A stretch of 64,000 nucleotides of DNA from an uncultured Thermoleophilaceae bacterium (GTDB taxonomy: Bacteria > Actinomycetota > Thermoleophilia > Solirubrobacterales > Thermoleophilaceae). Shown here in pieces: positions 9,763 through 19,319 of the stretch; position 1 is the first letter of the stretch, and every line of letters begins with the position of its first letter. The DNA is taken from positions 360,410-424,409 of the forward strand of contig CAVXKC010000009.1 in the NCBI GenBank assembly GCA_963762265.1. Direction: 5' to 3'. The notes under the pieces are model-generated. The model made no database searches. It was not told where the DNA came from and worked only from the letters and a program-made list of their open reading frames with translations. The translations under genes were made by a program, and so were the position numbers.

Positions 9763-10877
9763 GCGAGCACGGCGACGGCACGCGGGTGGTCCGGGCCGGG
9801 CTGCCGAAGGTCCGCGCAGGGCGAGCCGTTCCTGCCCGGGCCGGTGTTCGCGGCGCCGTTTCACTTCAGCGGCGAGCCCGAGGACTCGGCCTTCGTCTAC
9901 GGGCGCTACGGCAATCCCGACCTGGGAGCGCTACGAGCACGCGCTCGGCGAGCTCGAGCGCGCCGAGGCGGTGCTGTTTCCGTCGGGCATGGCCGCGGTC
10001 GCGGCGCTGCTGCTGACCGAGCTTCGGCCCGGCTCGGTGCTCGCGGTGGACTCCTCGTGCTACCTCAACGTCCGGCGCTTCGCGGCGGCCCACCTGGAGC
10101 GACAACGAGGTGGAGGTGCGGCTGGCCCCGGCGTCCGAGCTCGGCCGGCGCGCTCGAGGGCGCAACGATGCTCTGGCTCGAGTCGCCCGTCGAACCCCAA
10201 GCTCGAGGTCTACGACATCGCGGCGCTGGCGGAGGCGGCGCAGGCGGCGGGCGCGCTGACGCGTGGTCGACAACACCACGGCCGGCCCGCTGCTGCAGCG
10301 CCCGCTCGATCTCGGTGCCGGCGCGGTCATGACGAGCGCCACCAAGCAGATCACGGGCCACGCGGACCTCGTGCTCGGCTACGTGACGACGCGCGACCCC
10401 GAGCGCGCGCAGCGGCTGCGCGACTGGCGGCGCAACGTCGGGCGCGATTCCCGGACCGTTCGAGGCCTGGCTCGCCCACCGCTCGCTGCCGACGCTCGCG
10501 CTGCGGGTCGAGCGCGGCTGCGCCAACGCCCAGGCGCTTGCCGCGCTGATCGCCGGGCGCGACGACGTGGCGGGCGTGCACTACCCCGGCCTCGCGGCGA
10601 TCCCGGGCACGAGGTGGCGCGCCGGCAGATGCACGGCTACGGGATGGTCGTCTCCTTCGACCTCGGCACGCGCGAGCGCGCCGAGCGCTTCCTCGCGGCG
10701 GCCGAGCTGGTCACCGACGCGACCAGCTTCGGCGGCGTGCACTCCACCGCCGAGCGCCGCGCGCGCTGGCGCGGCGACGACGTGTCCGAGGGCTTCGTGC
10801 GCCTGTCGGCCGGGATCGAGGACACGGCCGACCTGGTGGCGGACGTCGCGCGCGCGCTCGACGCGTGCTCCTCGTAA
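9759..10877 (+). pseudogene. Cys/Met-metabolism PLP-dependent enzyme (cystathionine gamma-synthase/lyase-like), at least 6 frame changes
   Basis: Fragments [26 protein letters not shown]...YGRYGNP, VLFPSGMAAVAALLL, TMLWLESP, NPKLEVYDIAALAEAAQAAGAL, VVDNTTAGPLLQRPLDLGAGAVMTSATKQITGHADLVLG (PLP lysine), FEAWLAHRSLPTLALRVE and MVVSFDLG...ATSFGGVHSTAE are found in alternating frames. Confidence 0.7.
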
Positions 10878-11677
10878 CCGGGGGCAGCGGCTACCTCGGC
10901 GCCGAGCTGCTGCGCCGGCGCCCCGACGCCGTCGGCACCTACTTCTCGGGCAGGGTCACGCGGCGTTGCGCTCGACGTCCGCGACGCCGCAGCGGTTCGC
11001 GCGGCCTTCGAGCGCTTGCGCCCGGCGGCGGTCATCCACACCGCCTACCGCCAGGACGACCGCGCGACCACCTTCGACGGCGCCGTCGCGGTGGCCGCGG
11101 CGGCCGCGCACGGCTGTGGCGCGCGGCTGCGTCCACCTCTCGACCGACGTGGTCTTCGACGGCGAGAGCGAGCGCCCCTACGACGAGGACGACGAGCCGC
11201 GGCCGATCAACGACTACGGGCGGGCGAAGGCCGACGCCGAGCAGGCGGTGCGGGCCGCGCACCCCGAGGCCCTGGTGCGTGCGCACCTCGCTGCTCTACG
11301 GCGGCGCCGAACCCGGTCCGCAGGAGCGCCTGGCCGCCGACCCCGGCGCTGTCTTCTTCTCGCGACGAGGTGCGCTGCCCGACCCATGTCGGCGATCTCG
11401 CCGGCGCCCTGCTCGAGCTGGCCGAGCTCGACCGGCGGGCGTGCTCCACGTCGCCGGCGCCGACGCGCTCGACCGCTACGAGTTCGCCTGCCTGCTCGCG
11501 CCGCCGCAGGGTCACGACCCCTCGGCGGTCAGGAGCCGCGCGACCGGCCGAGTCCGGCGAGCTCTCGCGCCCGCGCAACTGCGCGCTCGACAGCGGCCGG
11601 GCACGCTCGCTGCTCGCCACGCGGCTGCGCGGGGCGCGCGGGCGGTTGCTGGCAGCCGCTCCGGGGCCCACCCCTAA
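10865..11677 (+). pseudogene. RmlD-like NAD(P)-dependent sugar-nucleotide reductase/epimerase family protein, at least 4 frame changes
   Basis: Fragments LLVTGGSGYLGAELL, AAVIHTAYRQDD, VHLSTDVVFDGESERPYDEDDEPRPINDYGRAKADAEQAV, SLLYGG, CPTHVGDLAGALLELAEL, VLHVAGADALDRYEFA and NCALDSGRARSLL are spread over three frames. Confidence 0.6.
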
Positions 11678-11690
11678 GGATCGGGCGCGA

Positions 11691-12119
11691 ATGGACGACT
11701 GGGTCTGGTGGATGATCGCGGCGGGGGTGCTGGCCGTCGGCGAGATCTTCACGCTGAGCTTCTTCCTCGGCCCGATCGCCGTCGCCGCCGGTCGCGGCCT
11801 CGGTCATCGGCGCTCGCCGGCGGCGGGACCGGCATCCAGTGGATCGTGTTCATCGCGGTGTCGCTGGCGTCGCTGCTCGTCCTGCGCCCGATCGCCCGCC
11901 GCCACCTGCCGCACGCCGGCGCGGCTACGGACCGGCACGGCCGCGCTCGTCGGCGCCCGCGCGGAGGTGATCGAGCGCGTCGACGGCCGCGGCGGCCAGG
12001 TGAAGATCGGCGGAGAGATCTGGAGTGCCCGCACCTACGACGAGGACGAGGTCATCGAGACGGGCACGCGCGTGGAAGTCATGAAGATCGACGGCGCCAC
12101 GGCGCTCGTGTCGGAATAA
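11691..12119 (+). pseudogene. NfeD-family membrane protein, two frame changes
   Basis: MDDWVWWMIAAGVLAVGEIFTLSFFLGPIAVAA is in frame 3. GIQWIVFIAVSLASLLVLRPIARRHL is in frame 2. LVGARAEVIERVDGRGGQVKIGGEIWSARTYDEDEVIETGTRVEVMKIDGATALV (the OB fold) is in frame 3. It sits in the classic position upstream of an SPFH gene. Confidence 0.65.
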
Positions 12120-12137
12120 GAAGAAAGGCTCCCTGAA

Positions 12138-13059
12138 TTGGCCACCCTGATCGTGCTCATCGTCGTTGCCGCCGTCGTGCTCATCACGCTGGCGCGGAGC
12201 ATCCGGATCGTGCCGCAGGCGCGCGCCGGGATCGTCGAGCGGCTCGGCCGCTACCACCGCACGCTCGACGCCGGGCTCGCGCTCGTCGTCCCCTACGTGG
12301 ACCGCGTCAGGCCGCTGATCGACCTGCGCGAGCAGGTGGTCTCGTTCCCGCCGCAGCCGGTGATCACCGAGGACAACCTCGTGATCCAGATCGACACGGT
12401 CATCTACTTCCAGGTGACCGACCCGAAGGCGGCCACCTACGAGATCGCCGACTACATCTCGGCGATCGAGCAGCTGACCGTCACGACGCTGCGAAACGTG
12501 GTCGGCGGGATGACGCTCGAGGACACGCTCACCTCGCGCGACAAGGTCAGCACCGCGCTGCGCCACGTGCTCGACGAGGCGACGGGCAAGTGGGGCATCC
12601 GCGTGAACCGCGTCGAGCTGAAGGCGGTCGACCCGCCCGCCTCGATCCAGGAGGCGATGGAGAAGCAGATGCGCGCCGAGCGCGACCGGCGCGCGGCGAT
12701 CCTCACCGCCGAGGGCGTCAAGCAGTCGCAGATCCTCACCGCCGAGGGCGAGAAGCAGAGCGCCATCCTGCGCGCCGAGGGCCAGCGCGAGGCCCAGATC
12801 CTCCAGGCCGAGGGCCAGTCGAAGGCGATCGAGACGGTGTTCGACGCGATCCACCGCGGCGACGCCGACCCCAAGCTGCTCGCCTACCAGTACCTGCAGG
12901 TGCTGCCGCAGATCGCCCAGGGCGAGTCGAACAAGGTCTGGATCATCCCGAGCGAGGTGACCCAGGCGCTGGGCAACCTCGGCGCGATGATCCCCGGGGA
13001 GAGCGCGCCGGCGACAAGCCGCTGCCCCCGCCGGCGCCGCCCGCACCGCCCGGCCCTAG
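12138..13059 (+). CDS. SPFH/band-7 (stomatin-like) protein
   Basis: It starts at TTG 12138. The sequence is continuous: IRIVPQARAGIVERLGRYHRTLDAGLALVVPYVDRV...ITEDNLVIQIDTVIYFQV...TLRNVVGGMTLEDTLTSRD...WGIRVNRVELKAVDPP...AERDRRAAILTAEG. The 3' end is uncertain: the ORF runs to 13250 over the convergent gene, so a late frame change is suspected. Confidence 0.8.
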
Positions 13060-13460
13060 TCGAGATCGACCCGCACCGTCACGGGCTCGGTCGCCCATCA
13101 GCCGCACGACCGCGGAGTTCATCCGGTTGGGCATCCGCCGCTGACGCGCACGCCAGTCGTCACCGGCCAGCACATGCGCGGTCCCGCTGCGCCAGCGCCG
13201 CCCGACGCGCACCCGCACCCGCGGATGCGGCCTCGATGTTGCGCACGTAGGAAGCGCCGAGGCCGTGCTCGGCCACGACCCAGAGCGTGTCGCCCTCCAG
13301 CGCCCGGCCGACCGGCGTGCGCCGGGGCTGGCCCGACCTGCGGCCCGTCGTTTCCAGGATCACGATCGCCGGGGAGCGGGAGCCCGGCGCGGGCGGCCGC
13401 CTTGACCAGAGGGTTGACGCAGGCGGGTCGAGAGCCACGTCGACAGCCGGCGCTTGTCCA
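13056..13460 (-). pseudogene. deazaflavin(F420)-dependent nitroreductase-family (DUF385-like) protein, at least 3 frame changes
   Basis: The minus strand gives MDKRRLSTWL..., NPLVKAAARAG, IVILETTGRRSGQPRRTPVGRALEGDTLWVVAEHGLGASYVRNIEA, NPRVRVRVGRRWRSGTAHVLAGDD and VRLMG..TEPVTVRVDLD in different frames. The family call rests on motif memory only. Confidence 0.55.
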
Positions 13461-13540
13461 TCGCGACAAGCTACCGGAGGCGAGTGCGCGCTCTGCAGCG
13501 AGCCGCGCCCGCGGACCTATCGCGCTCTTGCACGCAGGCA

Positions 13541-13712
13541 CTAGATGATTGATTTCGAATCCGTGTGCCTTCGGGGGCGCGCCAGACCAAGCTGGGCGGC
13601 GCACGCGGACGAAGCCGATAGTTGAAGAACTATCGGCGAGGACGCGGGTGGCGAACCAGCGCCGGTATGGCGCGTCATCCGAAGGTGCACGGGTTTGGAA
13701 TCAGTCATCTAG
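13541..13712 (+). ncRNA. candidate structured RNA or MITE-like palindromic element: 172-nt rod-like hairpin
   Basis: 34-nt arms 13541-13574 and 13679-13712 pair with 28 Watson-Crick pairs plus 6 G-U pairs and no mismatch on the + strand. The helix continues inward to a perfect 10-bp apical stem (13614-13623 / 13628-13637, GAAG loop). The arms are AT-rich, both termini are CTAG, and no credible ORF covers it. Confidence 0.5.
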
Positions 13713-13724
13713 CCTTCCCCGAGC

Positions 13725-15057
13725 ATGTTCGACGCTCTCTCCGACCGCCTCCAGGCAGCCCTCGGCGACGTCCGCTCACGCGGCAAGCTGACCGAGGACG
13801 ACGTCAACAAGGCGATGCGCCAGGTGCGCCTGGCGCTGCTCGAGGCAGACGTCAACTTCAAGGTCGTCAAGCAGTTCACCGCGGCGGTCAAGGAGCGCGC
13901 GCTCGGGCACGACGTGCTCGACTCGCTCAACCCCGGCCAGCAGGTGGTGAAGATCGTCTCCGACGAGCTGACGACGCTGATGGGCGGGGCGGGGCGCGAC
14001 CTCGCACTCGCCAAGCCAGGGCCGACCGTGATCCTGATGGCCGGCCTGCAGGGCTCGGGCAAGACCACCGCCTGCGGCAAGCTCGCGCGCCACCTGCGCG
14101 AGGAGCACAAGATGGACGTGGCGGTGGCGGCCTGCGACGTCTACCGGCCCGCCGCGGTCGACCAGCTGGTCAAGGTCGGCGGCCAGGCCGGCGCCCACGT
14201 GTACGAGCAGGGCACGGGCCGCGACCCGGTCGACATCGCCGAGTGGGCGCTCGACCAGGCCAAGCGCGACCGCCGCGACGCCCTGATCGTCGACACGAGC
14301 GGCCGCCTGCACGTCGACGAGGAGCTCATGCAGGAGCTCGCCGAGATCAAGAAGCGCACCAAGCCGCACAACGTGCTGCTGGTGGTCGACGCGATGACCG
14401 GCCAGGACGCGGTCAACGTGGCTGAGCAGTTCGCGGAGGTCGCGAACTTCGACGGCGTCGTCCTGTCGAAGCTTGACGGCGACTCGCGCGGCGGCGCGGC
14501 GCTCTCGGTCAAGGCGGTCACCGGCAAGCCGATCCTGTACGCCTCCACCGGCGAGAAGCTCGGCGACTTCGAGCGCTTCCACCCCGATCGCATGGCCCAG
14601 CGCATCCTCGGCATGGGCGACGTGATGACGCTCGTGGAGAAGGCCGAGCGCCAGATGGACGAGCGCCAGGCGGTCGAGCTCGAGCGCAAGATCCGCAAGG
14701 AGCAGTTCACGCTCGACGACTTCCTCGAGCAGATGAAGCAGGTGCGCAACATGGGGCCGATCGGCAACCTGCTTGAAGATGATGCCCGGCGTCGGCGCTC
14801 AGCTCGGCAACCTCAACGTCGACGAGAAGGAGCTCGACCGCCTGGAGGCGATCATCCTGTCGATGACCCCCGAGGAGCGGGCAAACCCGAAGATCATCGA
14901 CGGGTCGCGCCGGCGCCGGATCGCGCGAGGGTCGGGGACGAACGTGCAGGCGGTGTCGCAGCTCGTCAAGCAGTTCGCCCAGATGAAGAAGCTGATGAAG
15001 CAGGTGTCGGGCGGCAAGATGCCCAACCTGCAGCAGCTGGCCGGCGGCCGCGGCTGA
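13725..15057 (+). pseudogene. ffh: signal recognition particle protein Ffh, one apparent +1 frameshift at about 14773
   Basis: MFDALSDRLQAALGDVRSRGKLTEDDV...ILMAGLQGSGKTTACGKLA...IVDTSGRLHVDEELM...VVDAMTGQDAVN...LSKLDGDSRGGAALS...GMGDVMTLVEKA...MGPIGNLL is in frame 3. The M-domain KMMPGVGAQ...LEAIILSMTPEERANPKIIDGSRRRRIARGSGT follows in frame 1. The local sequence is CTGCT[T]GAAGATG. Confidence 0.9.
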
Positions 15058-15072
15058 ACCTCTCACCGCTCT

Positions 15073-15345
15073 ATGTCCGTACGAGTGCGACTCACCCGAG
15101 TGGGCAGCAAGAAGAATCCGATCTGGCGCGTGGTCGTGGCCGACCAGCGCTCGCCGCGCGACGGCCGCTTCATCGAGACGATCGGGCACTACAACCCGCA
15201 GACCGAGCCCTCGACGATCTCGATCGACGAGGAGCGGCTTCAGCACTGGATCGGCCTCGGCGCCCAGCCGACGGGAACGGTCAAGCAGCTGATGAAGGCG
15301 CACGCCAAGAGCGGCGCCGCCGCTTCCTCCGACCCGTCGGAGTAG
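15073..15345 (+). CDS. rpsP: 30S ribosomal protein S16
   Basis: Intact 90-aa [46 protein letters not shown]. Confidence 0.9.
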   Translation: MSVRVRLTRVGSKKNPIWRVVVADQRSPRDGRFIETIGHYNPQTEPSTISIDEERLQHWIGLGAQPTGTVKQLMKAHAKSGAAASSDPSE

Positions 15346-15348
15346 CGG

Positions 15349-15582
15349 GTGGAGGACCTGCTCGAGTACCTCGCCCGGGCGCTCGTCGACAAGCCCGACG
15401 AGGTCGAGGTCGAGGGATTCGACGAGGACGACGGCACGATCGTCCTCGAGCTGCACGTGGCCGACGACGACGCCGGCAAGGTGATCGGCCGCGGCGGCCG
15501 CACCGTCGCCGCGCTGCGGACTGTGATGAAGGCAGCGGCCGTGCGCGACGGGCACCGCGTGCTGGTCGACGTCGTCGATTGA
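15349..15582 (+). CDS. KH-domain RNA-binding protein (YlqC-like)
   Basis: Intact 77-aa ORF with the GKVIGRGGRTVAALRTV (GxxG) KH motif. It lies in the conserved rpsP-KH-rimM arrangement. Confidence 0.8.
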   Translation: MEDLLEYLARALVDKPDEVEVEGFDEDDGTIVLELHVADDDAGKVIGRGGRTVAALRTVMKAAAVRDGHRVLVDVVD

Positions 15583-16005
15583 CCCTCGTGACCGCCGGCC
15601 GAGTGGGAAAGCCACACGGCCTCGACGGAAGCTTCTATGTGGAGGTCGCCAAGCACCCCCTTGCGCTCGGCACGACCGTCAGCGTGGGGTCGTCCACACA
15701 TACGGTCGCGCGGCGTGCAGGCAGCGATGCGCGCCCGCTGATCCGTCTCGCCGGGCGTGGACGATCCGCGCTCGCTGCGCGGGGAGCTGCTCTTGGTGGA
15801 GGACGAGCTGGCGGAGGGCGAGTGGCTCGCCGGCGACCTGGTCGGGCGCGCGGTGCCCGGCCACGGCCAGGTGGTGCGGGTGCTCGACGGTCCATCGTGC
15901 TCGCTCCTCGAGCTCGAGGACGGCACGCTCGTCCCGTTCGTCGCCGACGCCATCAGCTCGATCGACGGGAACGCGATCGTGATCAACGAGCGCTTCCTCG
16001 GGATG
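15579..16005 (+). pseudogene. rimM: 16S rRNA processing protein RimM, apparent +1 frameshift in the G-run at about 15754
   Basis: LVTAGRVGKPHGLDGSFYVEV...LIRLAG is in frame 3. VDDPRSLRGELLLVEDELAEGEWLAGDLVG...LLELEDGTLVPFVADAISSIDGNAIVINERFL is in frame 1. The start is TTG 15579 or GTG 15588, and the stop is unclear because it runs into the trmD ATG. Confidence 0.75.
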
Positions 16006-16679
16006 AAGATCGACATCTTCACGCTCTTCCCGGGCTGGTTCGTCGTGGTTTACCGAGCAGCGCCACGTGCGCAACGCGCTCGAGCTCGGCCACTCGGTCG
16101 AGTTCGCCGACCTGCGTGCATCGACGCCGCTGAAGGCCGGCCAGGTCGACGACACGCCCTATGGCGGCGGGGCCGGGATGGTGCTCCGAGTGGACGTGGT
16201 CGAGGCGGCGCTGGCCGCTCGCTACGGCGAGGCCCCACCCGTCGGGCGGCGCGTGATCGCGCTCGCCGCGGGCGGCCGGCCCTTCGACGACGCGCTCGCG
16301 GTCGAGCTTGCCGCCGAGCGCGAGCTCACGCTGCTCTGCGGGCGCTACGAGGGCTTCGACGAGCGCGTCCACGAGCACCTGGCGACCGACGTGCGTCTCG
16401 ATCGGGCCGTACGTGCTCTCCGGCGGCGAGCTGGCCGCCATGGTGGTCTGCGACGCGGTGCTCCGAAAGCTGCCGGGTGCGCTCGGGCACGAGGAGAGCG
16501 CGATCGAGGAGTCCTTCAGCGCGGCGCTCGACGGAGCCCCCGAATACCCGCACTACACCCGCCCCTTCGAGTGGCGCGGCCACGCGGTGCCGGAGATCCT
16601 GCTGTCAGGCGACCACGCCCGCGTGCGCGAGTGGCGACTCGAGCAGAGCCGGGCGCGCGCGCGCCGCGGCAGCGCCTGA
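16003..16679 (+). pseudogene. trmD: tRNA (guanine37-N1)-methyltransferase TrmD, two apparent +1 frameshifts (about 16042 and 16394)
   Basis: MKIDIFTLFPGWF is in frame 1. SWFTEQRHVRNALELG...VDDTPYGGGAGMVLRVD...[13 protein letters not shown] is in frame 2. [30 protein letters not shown]...[32 protein letters not shown] is in frame 3. Confidence 0.85.
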
Positions 16680-16723
16680 GTCGCCGGTCCAACGGCCCAT
16701 CCCTTCGCTACCATTCTCCGCAC

Positions 16724-16757
16724 GCGCGACAGCCACCCGGCGGGTCGCGCCTCTTTT
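16724..16757 (+). terminator. terminator-like hairpin abutting the rplS start codon
   Basis: GCGCGAC (16724-16730) and GTCGCGC (16744-16750) form a 7-bp GC stem with a 13-nt loop, followed by CTCTTTTATG, where the ATG at 16758 is the rplS start. No Shine-Dalgarno sequence is visible in between. Confidence 0.3.
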
Positions 16758-17461
16758 ATGTCCGGAGTCATCGAAAGTCTCGAGCGCGCTCAGCTGCGTC
16801 GCGTTCCCGTCTTCCAGGCGGGCGATCGCGTGCGAGTCCACTTCCAGGTGGTCGAGGGCACACGCCGCCGGACCCAGGTATTCGAAGGAGTGGTGGTCAA
16901 GCGCCAGGGCAACGGAGCGCGCGAGACCTTCACCGTGCGCAAGCAGTCCTTCGGCGTGGGGGTGGAGCGGACGTTCCCGCTTCACTCGCCCAAGATCGAG
17001 CAGATCGAGGTGGCCTCTCGCGGCGACGTGCGCCGCGCAAAGCTCTACTACCTGCGCGACCGCGTGGGTCGCGCGCGCGCGCGTGCGGGAGCGCCGCTGG
17101 ACCGGCTCCGCCCACGAGGACGCCTACGTCGAGGGCGCGATGCCGCCCGACGATGCAGTACGCCCCGGCGAGGAGGAGCTCGCCGACGCCGCGATTGCCG
17201 AGGAGGCCGCCGGCGACGGCGATGCCCCCGACGGCGGCGCCGCTCCCGACGGTGAGGCCGCTGCTGGCCGCCGACGAGGCCGCCGATGGCGCCGCTCCCG
17301 AAGGTGGGGCTGCTCCCGAGGCCGGCGCCGCGCCTGACGGCGAGGCTGCGCCTGCCGGCGACGCTGCACCAGAGGGTGACGCCGCGGACGGCGAAACCGC
17401 CTCCGCCGACGCCGAGAGCGAGCCGGCCGCCGACCAGCCGGATGAGCGGCGCCCCAACTAG
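16758..17461 (+). pseudogene. rplS: 50S ribosomal protein L19 with a long acidic Ala/Pro/Gly-rich C-terminal extension; two apparent +1 frameshifts
   Basis: The canonical L19 sequence ([71 protein letters not shown]...[10 protein letters not shown]) is in frame 3. ARVRERRW...[29 protein letters not shown] is in frame 1, with the shift inside the (CG)n run 17071-17084. [43 protein letters not shown]...DERRPN is in frame 2, to the TAG at 17459-17461. Confidence 0.8.
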
Positions 17462-18098
17462 GTGAGCCGTAGGCTCCGTCCCCGCAGGGTGGCCCGAACC
17501 AAGGAAAAGAGCACCGCCGGCTCGCTCATCGAGCTGGTCACCATCGTGGCGGTGGCGCTCGGGCTCGCCCTCGGGATCCAGGCCTTCCTCGTCAAGCCGT
17601 TCCGCATCCCGAGCGAGTCGATGGTCCCGACGCTCGAGATCGGGCAGCGCGTGCTGGTCGACCGGCTGTCGAAGAACTTCAGTGACTATGAGCGCGGCGA
17701 CGTGCTCGTCTTCAAGCCGCCGGCCGGCGCCGACGCCAACTCGTGCGGCGTCCAGCACTCCGATCAAGAGGCGTGCCCGAAGCCGACCGAGGACCGCTCC
17801 GACACGAACTTCATCAAGCGCGTCGTGGCCGTGGGCGGCGACCACATCAAGGTCCTCGGCGGCGCCGTGTACATCAACGGCAAGCGCCAGAACGAGTCGT
17901 TCGCCAGGCTCGAGCGAGAGCTGCGCGAGCTGCAACCTGCCCGAGGAGATCACGATCCCGAAGGGCTACTACTTCATGATGGGCGACAACCGGGGCGCCA
18001 GCGCCGACAGTCGCGAGTGGGGGCCGATCCCCAAGAAATGGGTGATCGGCCAGGCCTTCGCGACCTACTGGCCACCCGGCAGAATCGGCTTGCTCTAG
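17462..18098 (+). pseudogene. lepB: signal peptidase I, one apparent +1 frameshift (17900-17935)
   Basis: FRIPSESMVPTLEIGQRVLVDR...GDVLVFKPP...FIKRVVAVGGDHIKVLGGAVYINGK is in frame 2. NLPEEITIPKGYYFMMGDNRGASADSREWGPIPKKWVIGQAFATYWPPGRIG is in frame 3. Confidence 0.8.
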
Positions 18099-18158
18099 CA
18101 GCGCCCGGCCGGCCGAGCGCCGCCTTCCGCCGAGCGTCGTCCTATCATCGCCTCCAGC

Positions 18159-18916
18159 GTGGGCAAGCCGCCGAGCGCCGACACCGAGCCCGACCAGCCC
18201 AGAGCAGCGGCGCGGTCGGCGTCCGCCGCCTCGTCGGTCGGCGCCCGCGCCCGGCGGGCCACCCGGCGCCGCAAGACCAGCGGACGCCGCCTGTTCGCCT
18301 TCGACCGCGACATCGGCTGCCGCTACATCGCCGGGGCCGACGAGGCCGGCCGCGGCTCGCTCGCCGGCCCGCTCGTGGCCGCCGCCGTCCTCTTCGACCT
18401 CGAGCGCCTGACGCTCTCCGACCGCCGGGCGCTCGAGCCGCCTCAACGACTCCAAGCAGCACACCGCGGAGGCCCGCGAGGAGCTCTACCCACTCGTGCT
18501 GCGCGCCGCCGCTCGCTCGGTGATCGTCTCTCGCTGCGTGCGCGGAATCGACGCGCGCGGGCTTCACAACACGAACCTCGAGGCGCTTCGCACCGCGCTG
18601 CTCGGGGTGGCCCGCGGCGGGACGCGTCTGCCTGGTCGACGGCTTCAAGGTGCCCGAGTTCGGATTCGAGCAGCGCGCAGTGATCGACGGCGACTGCCGC
18701 AGCGCCGCTATCGCCGCGGCCTCGGTGCTGGCCAAGGTCAGCCGCGACCGCTACATGCGCAAGGCGGCGGCGCGCCACCCCGACTGGGACTTCGACACGA
18801 ACGTCGGCTATTCGACGCCCGAGCACCGCGCGGCGATCGCCCAGCACGGCGTCTCGCCGCTGCACCGCATGTCGTTCCAGTCGATCGCCTACACCCAGCT
18901 GGCTCTCGAGGGCTGA
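18159..18916 (+). pseudogene. rnhB: ribonuclease HII, two apparent +1 frameshifts (about 18440 and 18628)
   Basis: IAGADEAGRGSLAGPLVAAAVLF is in frame 3. LNDSKQHTAEAREELYPLVL...IDARGLHNTNLEAL is in frame 1. LVDGFKVPEF...AVIDGDCRSAAIAAASVLAKVSRDRYM...GYSTPEHRAAIAQHGVSPLHRMSF is in frame 2. Confidence 0.8.
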
Positions 18917-18929
18917 GATGACTGCCAGC

Positions 18930-19319
18930 TCAAAACGCCCCCTCCAGGTGCTCCAGGCTGATTAGCCGGCCGCGCGCGTCGAGCTCGATCCCGATCGCGT
19001 CGAAGCGCAGCTCCGGGCGCCAGGGGCGGTCGCATGGCGCAGCGCGGCGAGCCATTCGCGGGCCATCAGCCGCACCTGCGGCGCTTGCGCGCGCCGATCG
19101 CCGCGAACGGCCCGAGCTCCCGCCGAGGGCCGTCCTACGACGCGCGTCTTGACCTCGCAGAAGACGAGCCGGCGCTCGTCCACCGCGACGAGGTCGAGCT
19201 CGCCGAGCCGGGTGCGGAAGTTCGCATCGATCACCTCGAAGCCCGCGCGCCTCGAGGTGACGCCGCGCGAGGTCCTCGCCGAGGGCGCCTACGAGACGAC
19301 GTCGATCGGTCTCGGACAT
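18930..19319 (-). pseudogene. yraN: YraN-family (UPF0102) endonuclease-like protein, at least 2 frame changes
   Basis: The minus strand gives MSETDRRRLVGALGEDLARRHLEARG, then VIDANFRTRLGELDLVAVDERRLVFCEVKTR, then RFDAIGIELDARGRLISLEHLEGAF in different frames. It runs opposite to rnhB and comM. Confidence 0.7.

Noticed and set aside
8409-10016. Apparent SMC C-terminus / FtsY / PLP-enzyme fusion ORF (535 aa)
   Set aside because: There is no in-frame stop between the smc tail and ftsY in this sequence. A TAG at 8761-8763 sits one frame over, and the region is full of 1-nt indels. The fusion is best explained as an artefact, not a real multidomain protein.
13541-13712. SRP (4.5S) RNA, given its position next to ffh
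   Set aside because: The conserved domain IV features are absent: there is no GGAA/GNAR apical tetraloop flanked by the AGCA / GGAAGCAGC-type symmetric and asymmetric loops. The apex is instead an AT-rich perfect stem with a GAAG loop.
17150-17458. Tandem ~15-nt periodic repeats as a possible CRISPR array or VNTR
   Set aside because: The units are imperfect, have no spacers and are in frame with rplS. They encode an (A/G)AAP(D/E)G low-complexity tail. No cas genes are present.
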